From: Paramecium tetraurelia
Lineage: Eukaryota
Length of the DNA stretch: 64,000 nt
Assembly: GCA_000165425.1 (NCBI GenBank)
Contig: CT867985.1
Location: 186,001 to 250,000 of the forward strand
Reading direction: 5' to 3'
Positions 26,701 through 39,491 of the stretch are shown here, piece after piece. Both the position numbers and the translations under genes were made by a program. Within the stretch, counting starts at the first letter, position 1, and every line of letters begins with the position of its first letter. A model generated the notes under the pieces. That model was not told where the DNA came from, ran no database searches, and worked only from the letters and a program-made list of their open reading frames with translations.

Positions 26701-29700
26701 CTACAATCTTTGCTTCACAAATTATTAGAGTTGCTTTAAGATAAGGTATGTAGAATATATATATTATTTAGATGTTAAAGCAAGGCTCGTTATTAACAAT
26801 TTGATCATTAAATCACTCACAATATATCAATTCAATAAATAGGAGTGTATCTCTGAAATCTAAAACATCAATAATTAATTATTGTGTCCAACTGAGTTTA
26901 AAAATATTCTATTAAATCCTTCTGTTTAAACTAAACTAAAGAATAATACTAATTAACTAAATTGTAACTTAAATTTAGTTTAAACATATTTTGTTAATAA
27001 TTTTAGTCTAATTGAACTCAATAGTTTTTAGGAATTGCATGAGGTTTAATTAGATAATATCGAATTGAATTCATGTCATTGTAAAAATTGTTATTTTGGT
27101 TTGATATCAATCTAAGAATTCGATTTTTCATCATTGAAATTAAAAATCAAAAAAATGAAAGTATTAAATAACACATGTGGTACTTTAGGATGCCTATCAA
27201 TTTTCTAATCTTAATCAAATGATATTGTGAATGAAAACAATAGACTTTTAAAAGCTTAAAACTTAGTGGAAATTGAATATAGTCCTTTGTATGATATTTA
27301 GATGAAAATTGAGGATAGTTAATTTTTATACAACAAAGCCTTATATGGAGGAGCCTGCTACATTTAAAGTGTAAATCTTCTAGTTGATAATTGTTAAATA
27401 TTAAGCAACGAAGCTTAGTATAAAGGAGGTGGAATTTTTTATTCTTCAAATAACACTCAAATTACTGTCATTAACAGCTTAATAATTAATAATACTGCAG
27501 ATATTGCTGGAGGTATTTATATGAGTAATGATTAAATGGCATAACCTAAAGTTATGAATTTATAGATGAAAAATAACATTGCTCATTATTACGGGGATAA
27601 TGTTGTGGAATATCCTAAATAATTAAAGTTGAAGTTTAATTCACACATAATTTTACAAAATAAAATAGCTTTCAAGAATGCTTCTTCCTTGATTGAAGAA
27701 AGTGAAATTGTACCATATTCCATTTTTGGATAAGAGAGTAAAACTTCAACACTTTTATTGCCCTCTGGAATTAGAATTTCTAAATATAAATACTTTGATT
27801 TTACTACTTAAACTTATGAGGACTATAATTTGACTTTTAGAATACTCGCCATTAATTCTTTCGGAGAATAAATTACTAATCTAAGTAATTCATTTTGTTC
27901 AATATATGCTTAAGAGATTTAAAATACAGAAGAGGTATTATTTTCCAAATTATAATTTGATCCAGAATAATCAAAATAATATCTATCAATTACCAAAATA
28001 GAGTTTAATTTAACAACTGGTGATTTTAATTTGGATGATTTGATTATTTATTTTAATCCTCAAACTGATAATAAAATATCACTTCTATTGGCTATTGCTT
28101 GTGATTAAATATAGGTATTTTAATTTAATGAAGTATTCCCTTATGAAAAAACAAGTGTCATCTCTGATTATTATGTATTAGTATAACTAAGAACATTTAA
28201 ATGTTAATTGGGAGAATATTTAAATTCTACCTCTGGAGGTTGTGTAGAATGTGATATCACATAGAATTAGTTTTCAGTTACTATAGATGCTTTAAAATGC
28301 GAGTTTAGAGATGAAGTCAAGATGAAAAGTTTGCAGCCAGCTATGATAGAATTGAGAGAAGGATATTGGCGAGCCTATTACTATAGCAATATTATAGAAG
28401 AGTGTTATCATTTGAGAGTTAATTGCGAAGGAGGTTGGCACACAGGGGAGTAGTCCTGCTTTCGGGGCCACATAGGTGCTTTATGCGAATAATGCGATCT
28501 CTATAACATTTAAGGCGATGGATCATTTTCTTTGTATTAATAATATCAATGCTCAAGCTGTGAGGATATGGCTGCTAATATTGCAACTATTGGTTTTGTC
28601 CTTATATGGACTTTATTATCAGTATTTTTATCTGTCAACAGCACAATAAAATTAATTGAAGAGTTTACCTATTACACTAAATTAAAGACTATTGTAAAGC
28701 ATATTATCTTTTCATCTTCTTAAACCTCAGTGCTGCTTAAAGTGTTTACTAATTATTTATAGATTATTAGTTCAATATCTACTTTCCAATTATCAATTCC
28801 TGCAGGAATATAGTTAACATTTAGGTCAGTTGGAAACCCAATAGAATCAATGTCGTTTTCATTGGATTGCTACTTAGCTTAAATGACTATAATTCCAATC
28901 TTATACTTTAGAATTATATGGGCATTTGTTATGGTGGGCATTTACATTCTTATTTTTATTGGAATGCATCTATTATTGTTAATTTTTGACAAGAAGAAGA
29001 AGATGAGCATTACTTTCATAACGACAACTTTTATTTACATATACATCTATTTATCTCCAAATATCATTAGTGGTTTGGTTGCTTTATTGTCTTATAGAAA
29101 TATATCTAATGTGTTGTGGATTACTGGGAATGTTGCATATGGTTATAATACTGAACAACATTATAAATGGTTATCATTCTTTATCATACCATCATTTATT
29201 ATCGTTGGATTTTTGATGCCGTTGTTCTTTTGGTATGTAGTATATCACAATAGAGCACATTTAAACACAAGCAAAGTCAGGAAAATTTGGGGATACTTGT
29301 ATAATGAATATAAAGTAGACATCTATTATTGGGAAACCATTAAAATCTTATAGAAAGAATTTATTATATATGTTCTAATTTATTACGAGGACTATGTACC
29401 TGTTAAGTCATCCCTAATATTTTTTGTACTTTTGGTTTATGGATATCTGACTAATCATTATAAACCTTATGAAGCAGGAGATTTGAACAGCATTGACAGT
29501 TTACAAACTGCAATTTGCAAAGTCTCAATAATTCTGTCATAAACTATCTACACTTCTTAGAGTTTAGGCATATAGGAGATAGTGATACCAGCCTATTTCT
29601 TATTGGCAATACTTAACTTTTTCTTTATTGTGCGTGTAATCTCTAAAATCCTATTTGCTTACTTTGAACGATTATCAGAGCAAGTTGATAAAGTCAAACA

Positions 29701-30059
29701 ATATATTGTTTTTAAATTTCCTTATATTGTATAAAATAATAATAAATATTGTTTACGACTATTTAGAAATTCAAAGGAAAGGAAATAGGTGATCCGCAAT
29801 AGATTTAAATTGATAAAGATGTATCTAATACAACATGCTAAATTTATTATTAGTTACAAATAGTATTAATAATAATAATTAAAATAGGCTTAACAATCTA
29901 GATGTAGGGGGGAACAAGATTATCTATGACTATGAAAACAATCAAAGCGAACCATTCTCATCATCAAGATAATAGAGCAAACTGCTTAGGACTAAAACCA
30001 TGTTGCATACTTCAAGGCCTTCAAAATTTCAGTTAACCATAAAGAGCTAAGAAAGCTGA
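20710..30059 (+). CDS. Giant (~3,000 aa) surface protein: signal peptide, LamG-like region, furin-like Cys repeats, GGAxY beta-helix repeats, C-terminal multi-pass TM domain
   Basis: MEIAIILLSFSL start. CHYTCSSCKG-type repeats at ~22080-23850. GGAFYI/GGVLYI/GGAIYI/GGACYI/GGGIFY at 26120-27520. GYWRAYY..C..GHIGALCEQC, then TM helices and WGYLYNEYK..YYWE. Confidence 0.88.
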
Positions 30060-30262
30060 AACGTTAACATATATGTTTATCTACATATTGTTTCATTTCT
30101 TTAATATAAATTTATATGATATTTAAATAAATGATTAAAATTTGAAATAGTATAAAAAAATCGTTAATATTCGAATAGTTACTCACTAAAAAGAGGGATA
30201 GAACTAGAAAATGTTAAATTGAGTGAATACTTATTATAAAATGGATTTAATATATATGATTT

Positions 30263-31016
30263 TCAACATTTGCAGTTGTCAGGATTTTAGGTCTGATTTT
30301 AATTGATTAATGAAATCCCTTGATTTTGATTATCTTGTCCAGGGGTTAGTGATTTTATTTTGTACATTTCTAATGATAAGACAATTAGAACCTTAAAGCA
30401 ATCTATCGAAGCATTATCCTACATTCTAGCCTGTGACAGCACTCGATTCCTCAAACAATACTTTATGCTGTTATGCGAGATTTTTTGCGTCTTCTTTTTA
30501 AACTTTTCTATGTATAACGAAATATGACAACCTTGCGCTTCCATTGTTTTCAACTAAGTCTATTTTATTACCGACTAACATTATAACCACATCTGGTTCG
30601 GCCTAATATCGCAAATCCTCCATCCACTTAACAACACTTTCAAAAGTCTTCTCCTTTGTTACATCATAAACAACCAAAGCTCCTCCTGCTTTTCGAAAAT
30701 GACTGAATTAATTATATTCTAATACGTGCTTGTGATTCCTCTGTACCTTTCCTGTCCAGCGGTATCCCAAATTTATGCCTTAACCTTTTTGCCATTTTAT
30801 AAAGTGACTGTCTTTCCAGCAAACTCAATCCCAATGGTCGGTACAGCATTTTTTGGTAGGCAACCTTTCACATATCTGTAGTTGTATAAATTAATTACCT
30901 GGTCATTAAATGTGTTTTGCCAACTCCAGCATCGCCTACTAGCACAACTATTCTAATTTTTACATTTTGTTACCTTTAAAGAAGTCAGAGTAATCCTCAT
31001 TATTCTGATTGTCCAT
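30263..31016 (-). CDS. Rab GTPase (divergent, Rab11-like)
   Basis: GDAGVGKT, PTIGIEF, WDTAGQERY and LVGNKID, with a C-terminal CKC prenylation motif. Three short introns. Confidence 0.95.
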
Positions 31017-31264
31017 AACAAATTCAAAATATTATTAATATAATTACCCAATATTTTATTTAAGAATACATTATTTAATTAACAAGATAACTAATACAAA
31101 CTAAAAACCTCTATTAGAATAACTCCCTCAAGTTTAAAATTCTATATCCATAAAATAAGACAATAAAACAGTATCAATTATTAATGCAAAATTATTTTTT
31201 GTTAATTAAATTGAATGCTTTTACAAAAAAAATCAATTTTTTTAGATCCTAATTAATTGAATTT

Positions 31265-31859
31265 ATGTAATAAATATTTCAAAGTCATTCAAATTCTTTC
31301 CAATTAACTTGTAGAAACATTTACTATTAGATTCGATTAAGTAATATATAATTATACTAACAATACAAAGTTTAAAGATCGAATTAATACTAAGTTATTA
31401 TCATTTATTTTCTTTTTAATTTTTTAGAACTTATTTTAAATGATCTTTCTAATTAAATAAATCTTTTTGAACCTTCTTTCTAATATTAGGAATCATTCAA
31501 ATTAGAACGAAGAGTTTAATTAGTAAAATAAATTAAATTTTACCAATTTGATGGGACAGATTTGTTAATTGCCTTCAATTCCTGAACTAGACACTGATCT
31601 CAATGCTAATCATGTTAAATAAATGACTTACTAAGATGAAATTTAATATGAAGAGCATGAAAATAAAATATGCGAATAAAATTAATCCTTCGTACTTGAA
31701 AATCAAATATCAATGCAATTATCATAAACACCAGAGTTTAGTTTACCTCCCCAATAAACTAAATTGTTTTCTCAACAAGATAGCCATTACACTCCTGAAT
31801 TTTTAGCACTAAGTTAACCTTTATAATAATAAATGAATATATATTCATAATAATTTTGA
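31265..31859 (+). CDS. Hypothetical Gln-rich low-complexity protein
   Basis: Open code-6 frame ATG to TGA of about 198 codons, with no recognisable motif. Confidence 0.4.
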
Positions 31860-32143
31860 ACCATCTTTAGAGATCCTCATAGGTTTTTCCAAAAATAGCT
31901 CATCGAAACAATAATAGTGGTATAATTATAGATAATATTATGATTTATAAATGCCGATTTTAATATATATGTTATTTGTATGATAATATACCTACCCCTG
32001 TTTTACACTTCATTCTTATGTGTAATCAGGCTCGACGTTATCATTGGTATTCAATTTAAGCTAGAGTGATAACTGTAATACCAATAAATGATATAACAGT
32101 TGTTTTGATAGCTATTTATCATAATTTAATTATTTAATTATAA

Positions 32144-33237
32144 ATGGGTGCAACATGTAGTAATACTTGCTGTACTAATGATTAAGAAATCAGTAGTAAA
32201 GGCGGCAATGATAAATAAGAGGTTGTATTATCGAAAAATAAATCATTAAAAGAAAGTTAAAGAAATAATAAAGAAACAGAGAGATTTAACGCTGATAATG
32301 ATTAAGGCAAATCTGATGCCAGCATTAGTAGTATGAAAAAAGAGAATTAACTCATCTAAAGCACTGTAGGCAAAATGTAGAGAGTTCAATTAGAAGGTAT
32401 GGGTTTAGTTAATTTAGAAATCTCATTTTCAGATGGAACTACATATAAAGGAGAATGGATGAACGGATTAAAGGATGGATAAGGAGTTCTCAAATGGCCT
32501 TCGGGCAGTATCTATTCGGGTGCTTTCCTTGAAGGCAAACTTAATGGCAAAGGCAAATTAATTTTAGATGACGAAGATTATTATGAAGGAGAATGGAAGG
32601 ATGATAAATGTAATGGATATGGTGTTTATTTATGTAAAAATGGGGCACGATATGAAGGAAATGTATTATTATTTGACATATTAATAAGTGGAAAAATGAT
32701 AAGTAACATGGGAAGGGAAAAGAAGTTTGGTAAGATGGAAATTCATACGAAGGATTCTACAATGATGGTAAAAAACATGGTTAAGGAATTTTAAAATTCT
32801 CCAATGGCACTATCTATGAAGGTGACTTTTCTAATAATGAGTTGGAAGGATAAGGTACAATGACTTGGACAGATAAAAGAGTATATAAAGGATAATGGAA
32901 AAAGTCAAAAATGAATGGTTATGGAGTGTTAACCTTTCCAGACGGAAGAATTTTCAAAGGAGTAATTGTGATATAATTTTAATAGCATTTTTAAGATGAT
33001 AAGAAAAATGGCTTTGGTGAATTTACTTGGAATGATGGCAAGAAGATGATATCTAGTTGGACAAATGGTAAATTGATATACAAATTAGGCAAGTAAAATG
33101 GTATTGGTATTTGTACAAATGGTGATCGAAAAATAGGATATTGGGAAGATGGAAAAAGAACTAAATGGCTAGATGAGCAAGAAAAGAAATTACATTCTGA
33201 ATCCATTTAATAATTAGAACTAGTAAAATTTTTATGA
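32144..33237 (+). CDS. MORN-repeat protein with N-terminal acylation signal
   Basis: Start MGATCSNTCC. Tandem YxGEWxxxxxxGxGxxxW/F repeats (YKGEWMNGLKDGQG, YEGEWKDDKCNGYG). Confidence 0.93.
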
Positions 33238-33253
33238 TATCTACTATCATACT

Positions 33254-34441
33254 TCATTTCTTTATAAACTAATCAAATTTTTAGGCTGTCGATAATGGTT
33301 ATTCTATTTTATTTAATGAATTTGATCTCAATGATTATTAAGTTTTTGGTTTCTCACCTCCTTGATTCTGTCGATTGCCTTCAAAAGCAGTGCGTGGAAC
33401 ATTTTGACTATAAATCTCATTTCTGCCTAAAAGTTGATATTCAGGAGTCAATGGATTAGTGCCTCTATGATTGAGTAGCCCTTTTCTCAAAGTGCCAACT
33501 TAAGCTCCAGGTACATCTTTAGTGTCATTAATAGCTCTATATTGAGATCTTTTTTATCTCATCAAAAAATGATCACTAATAGCGCCTACATGACACCCTT
33601 CTATATCTTTTGTATCTAAATTCTTAGTGTTATAATTTATTTGCGGATGCAATACTCTACTCTTACTTCCACCCACAAAACCGTATTTTGAATTAGCTGG
33701 TTAACCTTCAACATCTTTTAATTAATATTCAGGTTCAAGTGGATTGGTGACACGAGATGATTTAAATACTCTATATTCATTGATGTCTTTAACATCCATA
33801 ATTTCCATATGATCTCTTGGCATGAATGCAGGTTTTGATTTTGCTCCATCCACTTCATCAAATATGTGAACAGTTTTTCTCAATTTCGCAGCAGGAGGAT
33901 TGGGTTTGGTTCCTGGTATGTCCTTTTCATTATTATTCGCTGTACATCAATATTTATTTAATCTCTAATGAATTTCGGTTGCAAAGGTTCGACAGGTACA
34001 GCTTTTGGGAGAACATAAACAGGATCTACTGGATTTGTTGGAGGTCTTGTAGTCTGAAATTTATTCAATTATGGATAAGCGCCTTTGATATCTCGATTAT
34101 TTAGAGAGAATCCCTTAAAAATAATCAAATTTTTTACATCTCTTCCAACTGAGGGAATCAATACTTTTGAACGAGTGCCTGCAATATCATCTGTTGTATT
34201 TGTAAAGTCTTGTTTATTAGTAAATTTATATGGCTTCATACATGGTTAAGCACCTACTTTGAAAATTCAGTTACCATCAATGTCCTTTGTTTATAGATTA
34301 AAATCTTATCCTGTTAACTTATCAGGTCTTACAGTGCCTACATCTCGTTTATCTAATTTATGATATAGAATTTATACTTATTGATGACAAGTACATCAAA
34401 TCTTTCCTACTTGGGAATGGCCAATCGTATGGATCGCTCAT
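33254..34441 (-). CDS. Uncharacterised repeat protein (DIxG[A/T] and TNPLxPxY repeats)
   Basis: Start MSDPYDWPFPSRKD. Four 21-25-nt introns restore the frame. Repeated motifs are listed under findings. Confidence 0.85.
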
Positions 34442-35563
34442 ATATATATATATTTTAATTTATCAATGTCTAATTAAATTAGAAGGAAACTAATTATTTC
34501 CAACTGAAAAACAGGTTTCATCATAATTAGAATCCAATAGTCAAGAAGATTGATCTCGATGAAATACTTGATTCTTTAGAAGATGTTCTGCCAACCCACT
34601 AATAAATATTGTTATGATAATTAAAATGATAACTCTTTTTTTTATGACCAGCATAAGCATTTGTTAACAGCAAACCAATTTCATTGAAGAAAATAGTAAG
34701 CAATTAACAGTTATTTCATACTTATAGAATGAATTTTAGAGCATATATTAAAATAGTTCCAAAAATATTCTAATAAATTAGGTTAGATTAAATTGCAGTC
34801 AAAAATTATATATAAAGAATTACTAAATCAGCTCTATAAAAAGTATTTATTAATTTCCTATCAAATTTCTGATCTGTTAATTGAGAATAGAAAAAAAGAA
34901 TAAAATAATCAACTTAAGCTAAAATGATATAGATTTTAGGAACTACTAAAGAAATGTACTGATATTGAACATGATAATCTATAATCATTATTAGGAAAAA
35001 TATTGATATAATCTAGGTATTAAAATAATATAATTTGGATCAAGTTTTGAGTACTATAAATTAAGAATAAGTTATTCAAACAACTTAAATGTTGATTTTT
35101 TAAAAGATTCTTACAGTTTCGAGATAATAACAATAGTAATTTACTCAGAAGAAAAATAATGATTTATTATGAAAAGAAGAATACTCAGCCATTATAAGCT
35201 ATCAAAACCTTCTTCTCTCTTATAATAGTAAAAGAACAAATTGCAAAGATGTGAAAATACTTCATATAAAAAATAATAAATTAAGTATAAATTGGAAATA
35301 AATAATTATAAGAATAAAAGTTCTTCATTTTACTTATGAAGCTTAGGAGGTAGATATATAAAATTGTAGTTTTTAAGGATCTCTTTATTATTTACAATAA
35401 TTTCATCATTAATGATATTTATCTTTGCTTCCTGTAATTTAAAAAAGGAATGTCAAATTATACATAAATTTCTATATCAGAGAGAAAATAAAATTTAGTT
35501 AATACAAATATTTGATTTAGTTATTAGGTTTATTATAATTTATTTATTTATTAATTGATATTA

Positions 35564-36639
35564 ATGGGAGTAACATAATCTAGTTAAAATGATCATTTAG
35601 AAAAGTATTTGGGTTAAGACTTTCCAGATGGGGAAATATTAATTGGATTCGAAAATGTATAAGTTAATCATATATTAGCCAAGTAACATTTGTTACTCAA
35701 ATGTAATATTGTAGGCATTGTATTATTGCAAAGACTTTAGGAATTACATTTTATAGCATTAAAACTCAATAAATCAGAATAATTTGTTAGATTTAACGAA
35801 GTTGTTGTTCCAATCAATATCAAATCATAAATAGAGGACTGGAGTAATTTCAACAAAGAAAATGATGAATTACATCAAAACAAAAAATAAAATATTTGAT
35901 GGAAAATATCATTAAGATTCCCATGAATTTTATATGTGGTTTATCAATGAATGCGATGAATTATTAAAGGATAAACAAAATAATTGGATTCGATAAATAT
36001 TTTAGGGATAGTAATTAACATAAACAGAATGTTTAAATTGCCATACAAGTAATTATGAAAAATAATATTAGTCTCTTAAAGAGAAGAAATGTATTGTGAT
36101 TTGTCTTTAGACTTATTTCCAAATTATAGTTTGAACACATGTTTGTAATAAATGTCAAAAGAGGAATAATTAAATGGACAGAATCAATTTTTTTGTGATA
36201 AATGCCAATCAAAATAGGATGCATCTAAAAGGTATTCAAAGTAGATATATATTAAGATTGTTGTTGAATACTTTACCTAATGTTTTAGTAATCCATTTGA
36301 AAAGATTTAAATATGATGAAAGATGCGGTCAGATGATTAAAGTGTCAACAAAGATTCCATTTTCATAATAATTAAGAATAAAGGCTCAGAAGTAGACTAA
36401 GACTTACGAATTGACTACAATTATTATTCATTTGGGTCAAGGCATATTGTACGGACATTATATTTGCATAACAAAAATATAAGGAAAGTGGTTTAAATTT
36501 GATGATGATAAAATATCTGTAATTTAAATCACAATATCCTTAGTTATTTGTTGATTAAGATCTACATTATGTTTATGGAAGAAGTTATCCAACACAAGCT
36601 CAAACATGTGCATATATGTTGTTTTATAATGCATAATGA
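35564..36639 (+). CDS. Ubiquitin-specific protease, USP12/USP46-like
   Basis: LEKYLGQDFPDGE..ENPSNICYSNVILQALYYC (Cys box), HQDSHEF, LVIHLKRFKY, and HLGQGILYGHY..WFKFDDD (His box). Confidence 0.92.
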
Positions 36640-36791
36640 ATGTTATTAAGAATAATAGTTATAAATTTTTTTCTTTTTATTATGTGCAAAAAAGACTTTT
36701 TCAAAATAATCTTTTTTCATTATTGATCAAGATTGTATTAAGAAACTTCTTAAGATATTATCTTATACTTATTTTTTTATTATTAATTAAA

Positions 36792-37891
36792 ATGAGCAAA
36801 AATCAGGACTTTGAACAAGTTTGCTAGGATATATGCATCTATCATGAATCTGTAGAACATAAAATGAAACCCATTTAAAAGCCAATTAGCAAATTGAATT
36901 TAAAAAAAGACAAACTTATGAAGAAGTTTGCATCACAAATAATTAGAAGCGAATAAAGAATTAAATCTCCTTTTTAAATTGAAATGTAAATACTTAAGCA
37001 TATTTAGATTTCAATAATAAAAGAGGCTTAATGATAAGTGTGTAGAAACGATGTCTTCTGAACTTGTCCTGTCTAAACCTTAGAAGAACTTATCGATCGA
37101 TTTAAGCAAAAAGTATTATAAATATATTAAATCAGATGGCATTTAGATTTATCTGACTTAACTGATAAGGGAGTAAGAGATCTAAGTGAGGGTTTATCAA
37201 AACTCTAAAGTTTAGAGTAGTTAAATTTAACTTTGTGTGGGTATTAAATCATGTTATTAATTATTAGTTGGGGTTATTGGAATCAAAATATTACAGACAA
37301 ATCACTATAATATATAACCAATGCTTTAATTCTATAAAATCAATTACATGAGTTCAATCTTGACTTAAACATGTGGGCCTATGAAAATAATAGTATAACT
37401 GATGAGGGAGCTAAGAATCTAATGAACGGAATTAGTGGATTGTCTAATTTGGGAAAGCTGGAATTAAATTTAAAAGGATGGGGAGATGGAAATTAAGACA
37501 TCACTGATAATACTGTCTTAGGACTATCAACTTGTTTAAAGAAACTAGGAAATCTATCAGAAGTTAAATTAGTATTGTAAATAATTTATATTTAATTAGG
37601 TGGTAAAACATTGGAAAACAAGCCATCAAATAATTGAATAAAACTTTATCAAAAATGGAAAATTTAACCAAAATAGATGTTAAATTCGAAAGGTATACAA
37701 AAATATCAATTAATCTTAGTTGTGCCCAGTAATAACCTGTTTAAAATAATAACACCGATTTGAAACTCCAATAAATTAAAGTTAATGCAGTTTACAAAAG
37801 AAGACTTCTATTCTAAGTTGAGGGCATTATGATCAATCTTGAATCTTTAATTAACAAAAGGACACTTTGGGATATTATTTTAAAATTATGA
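36792..37891 (+). CDS. Leucine-rich-repeat protein
   Basis: Repeats LTDKGVRDLSEGLSKLQSLEQLNLTL, ITDEGAKNLMNGISGLSNLGKLELNL and ITDNTVLGLSTCLKKL. Confidence 0.85.
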
Positions 37892-38034
37892 TTGTAATAA
37901 ATAATATATATAAATCTAATACTGAAATAAAAGTTGATTTCTTTTCAGTTCATTCTATATAAAGGATAAATAAAAATAGTTCTATATAAACTATAAGAAG
38001 TTTATTCAATCCCAAAATAATTTTATTAATAACA

Positions 38035-39322
38035 TCATATTAACTATTCTAAAAATTGAGCTAACAATGGAGATATGCATTTTATTTCATCTAAGTTCTA
38101 GTAGATTTTTTGTTAGTCACTCTTGTTATTATTGGCAGTCATCCCCATTTTATTGCAAATCATGGAAAATATGTTACTCTTATGGCTTTTTATTTATGAT
38201 GAATATTATTAATTTTAATAGATTTGCAACAATGTACTCGGAAACAGAGTATAAATTTACTTAGGAGACATTTAAACAAGACTTTGAATCCAATTCAAAA
38301 TTCCCTCTTCAAATATTACAAATATTTTTTAAATTGTAGTAGTATCAAATTGCTAGATATTCAAAATTGTTTAGCCAAGTAATGTATGGAATACACAGTA
38401 TTTTGTCAACTCTGATTAGCCTAATCCATATTAACCTTTTATTATTTAAAACTTTACCGTCATAATATTTTTCTATTATAGTTTGTATTGTAGGTTTAAT
38501 AGACTTTAGTAACATTTAGTTCTTGCAAAGTGTGTAATCTAAATAAAAACAAATTCTATCAATTTCGTTTGTCTCTTTCATTTAAAAAATAATTGAGCTA
38601 TTACTAAATTATTATTCATAACGAGGATTCTATCTAATAAAATTGATTAACTCTTAATCATGGTTATTTGGTCTTTAAGTAATTTAGTTATTTGTATTAG
38701 ATGTGACTTTGATGATCTTGTTTAATAAAGAATTTGCAATAATTTTGTGTTATCCTTTGGCTATTTATTCTAGTTAATCTAAATATGATTATGATAATGT
38801 TTGTAAGAAAAATGGTTATACTTAATTCAATAAGTTGAGACATATTTCTTATCCTTTTACATTTTATAATTACTAAGCAATGTTCAATATTGCAAAAACA
38901 TCTTCTATTTCATCTTTTGTAAGAGGTTCATTTGATTAACGATTATTTAAATTGTTTAGTTGTCTCCTTAATAGTTCATTCTCCCATTCCTTCAAATTAA
39001 ATTCATCGATATTCTCCTAATACAACTCTAATTTAGATGGAAAATTCTCTTTTAATATGCATAGACAATCCCAAATCAATTCAATGGCTGATTACAAATC
39101 ATCATTTCCAGTAATACGATAATATATTGTATTCAGGTAAATGGGATTTTTTGGTAACCAAAATACTGAATTTTGGATTTTGAATTTCAAAATATTATCA
39201 GAATTCAAAATTACTAATTCTTCTTTATGCACATAAATTAATTATTCTATTTCAGTCAATGCCCTTATGTATCTATCTCTAGGTACTTGATCATGCACAA
39301 TTAATCCTAAGAAAATACTCAT
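38035..39322 (-). CDS. Hypothetical protein
   Basis: Start MSIFLGLIVHDQVPRDRYIRAL. Both ends read openly in code 6, ending LEQLI-TGA. Confidence 0.65.
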
Positions 39323-39491
39323 ATATATAATTTAAATAAATAATTTTAATCATTTTTCTTATTCGTTAAATCTAATAATAATTAAATTAATCAAAAAGTA
39401 CTTTTGAATAGTTCAATTGGATGTGATGTAAATTATTTATTTGATTATATTGAATTAAAGATTGAGAGTATGCATTTATTGCTTGAGTTAT

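Noticed and set aside
27147..27449. Minus-strand ORF from the track (likewise 32991, 36033, 60068)
   Set aside because: These are antisense to well-supported plus-strand genes.
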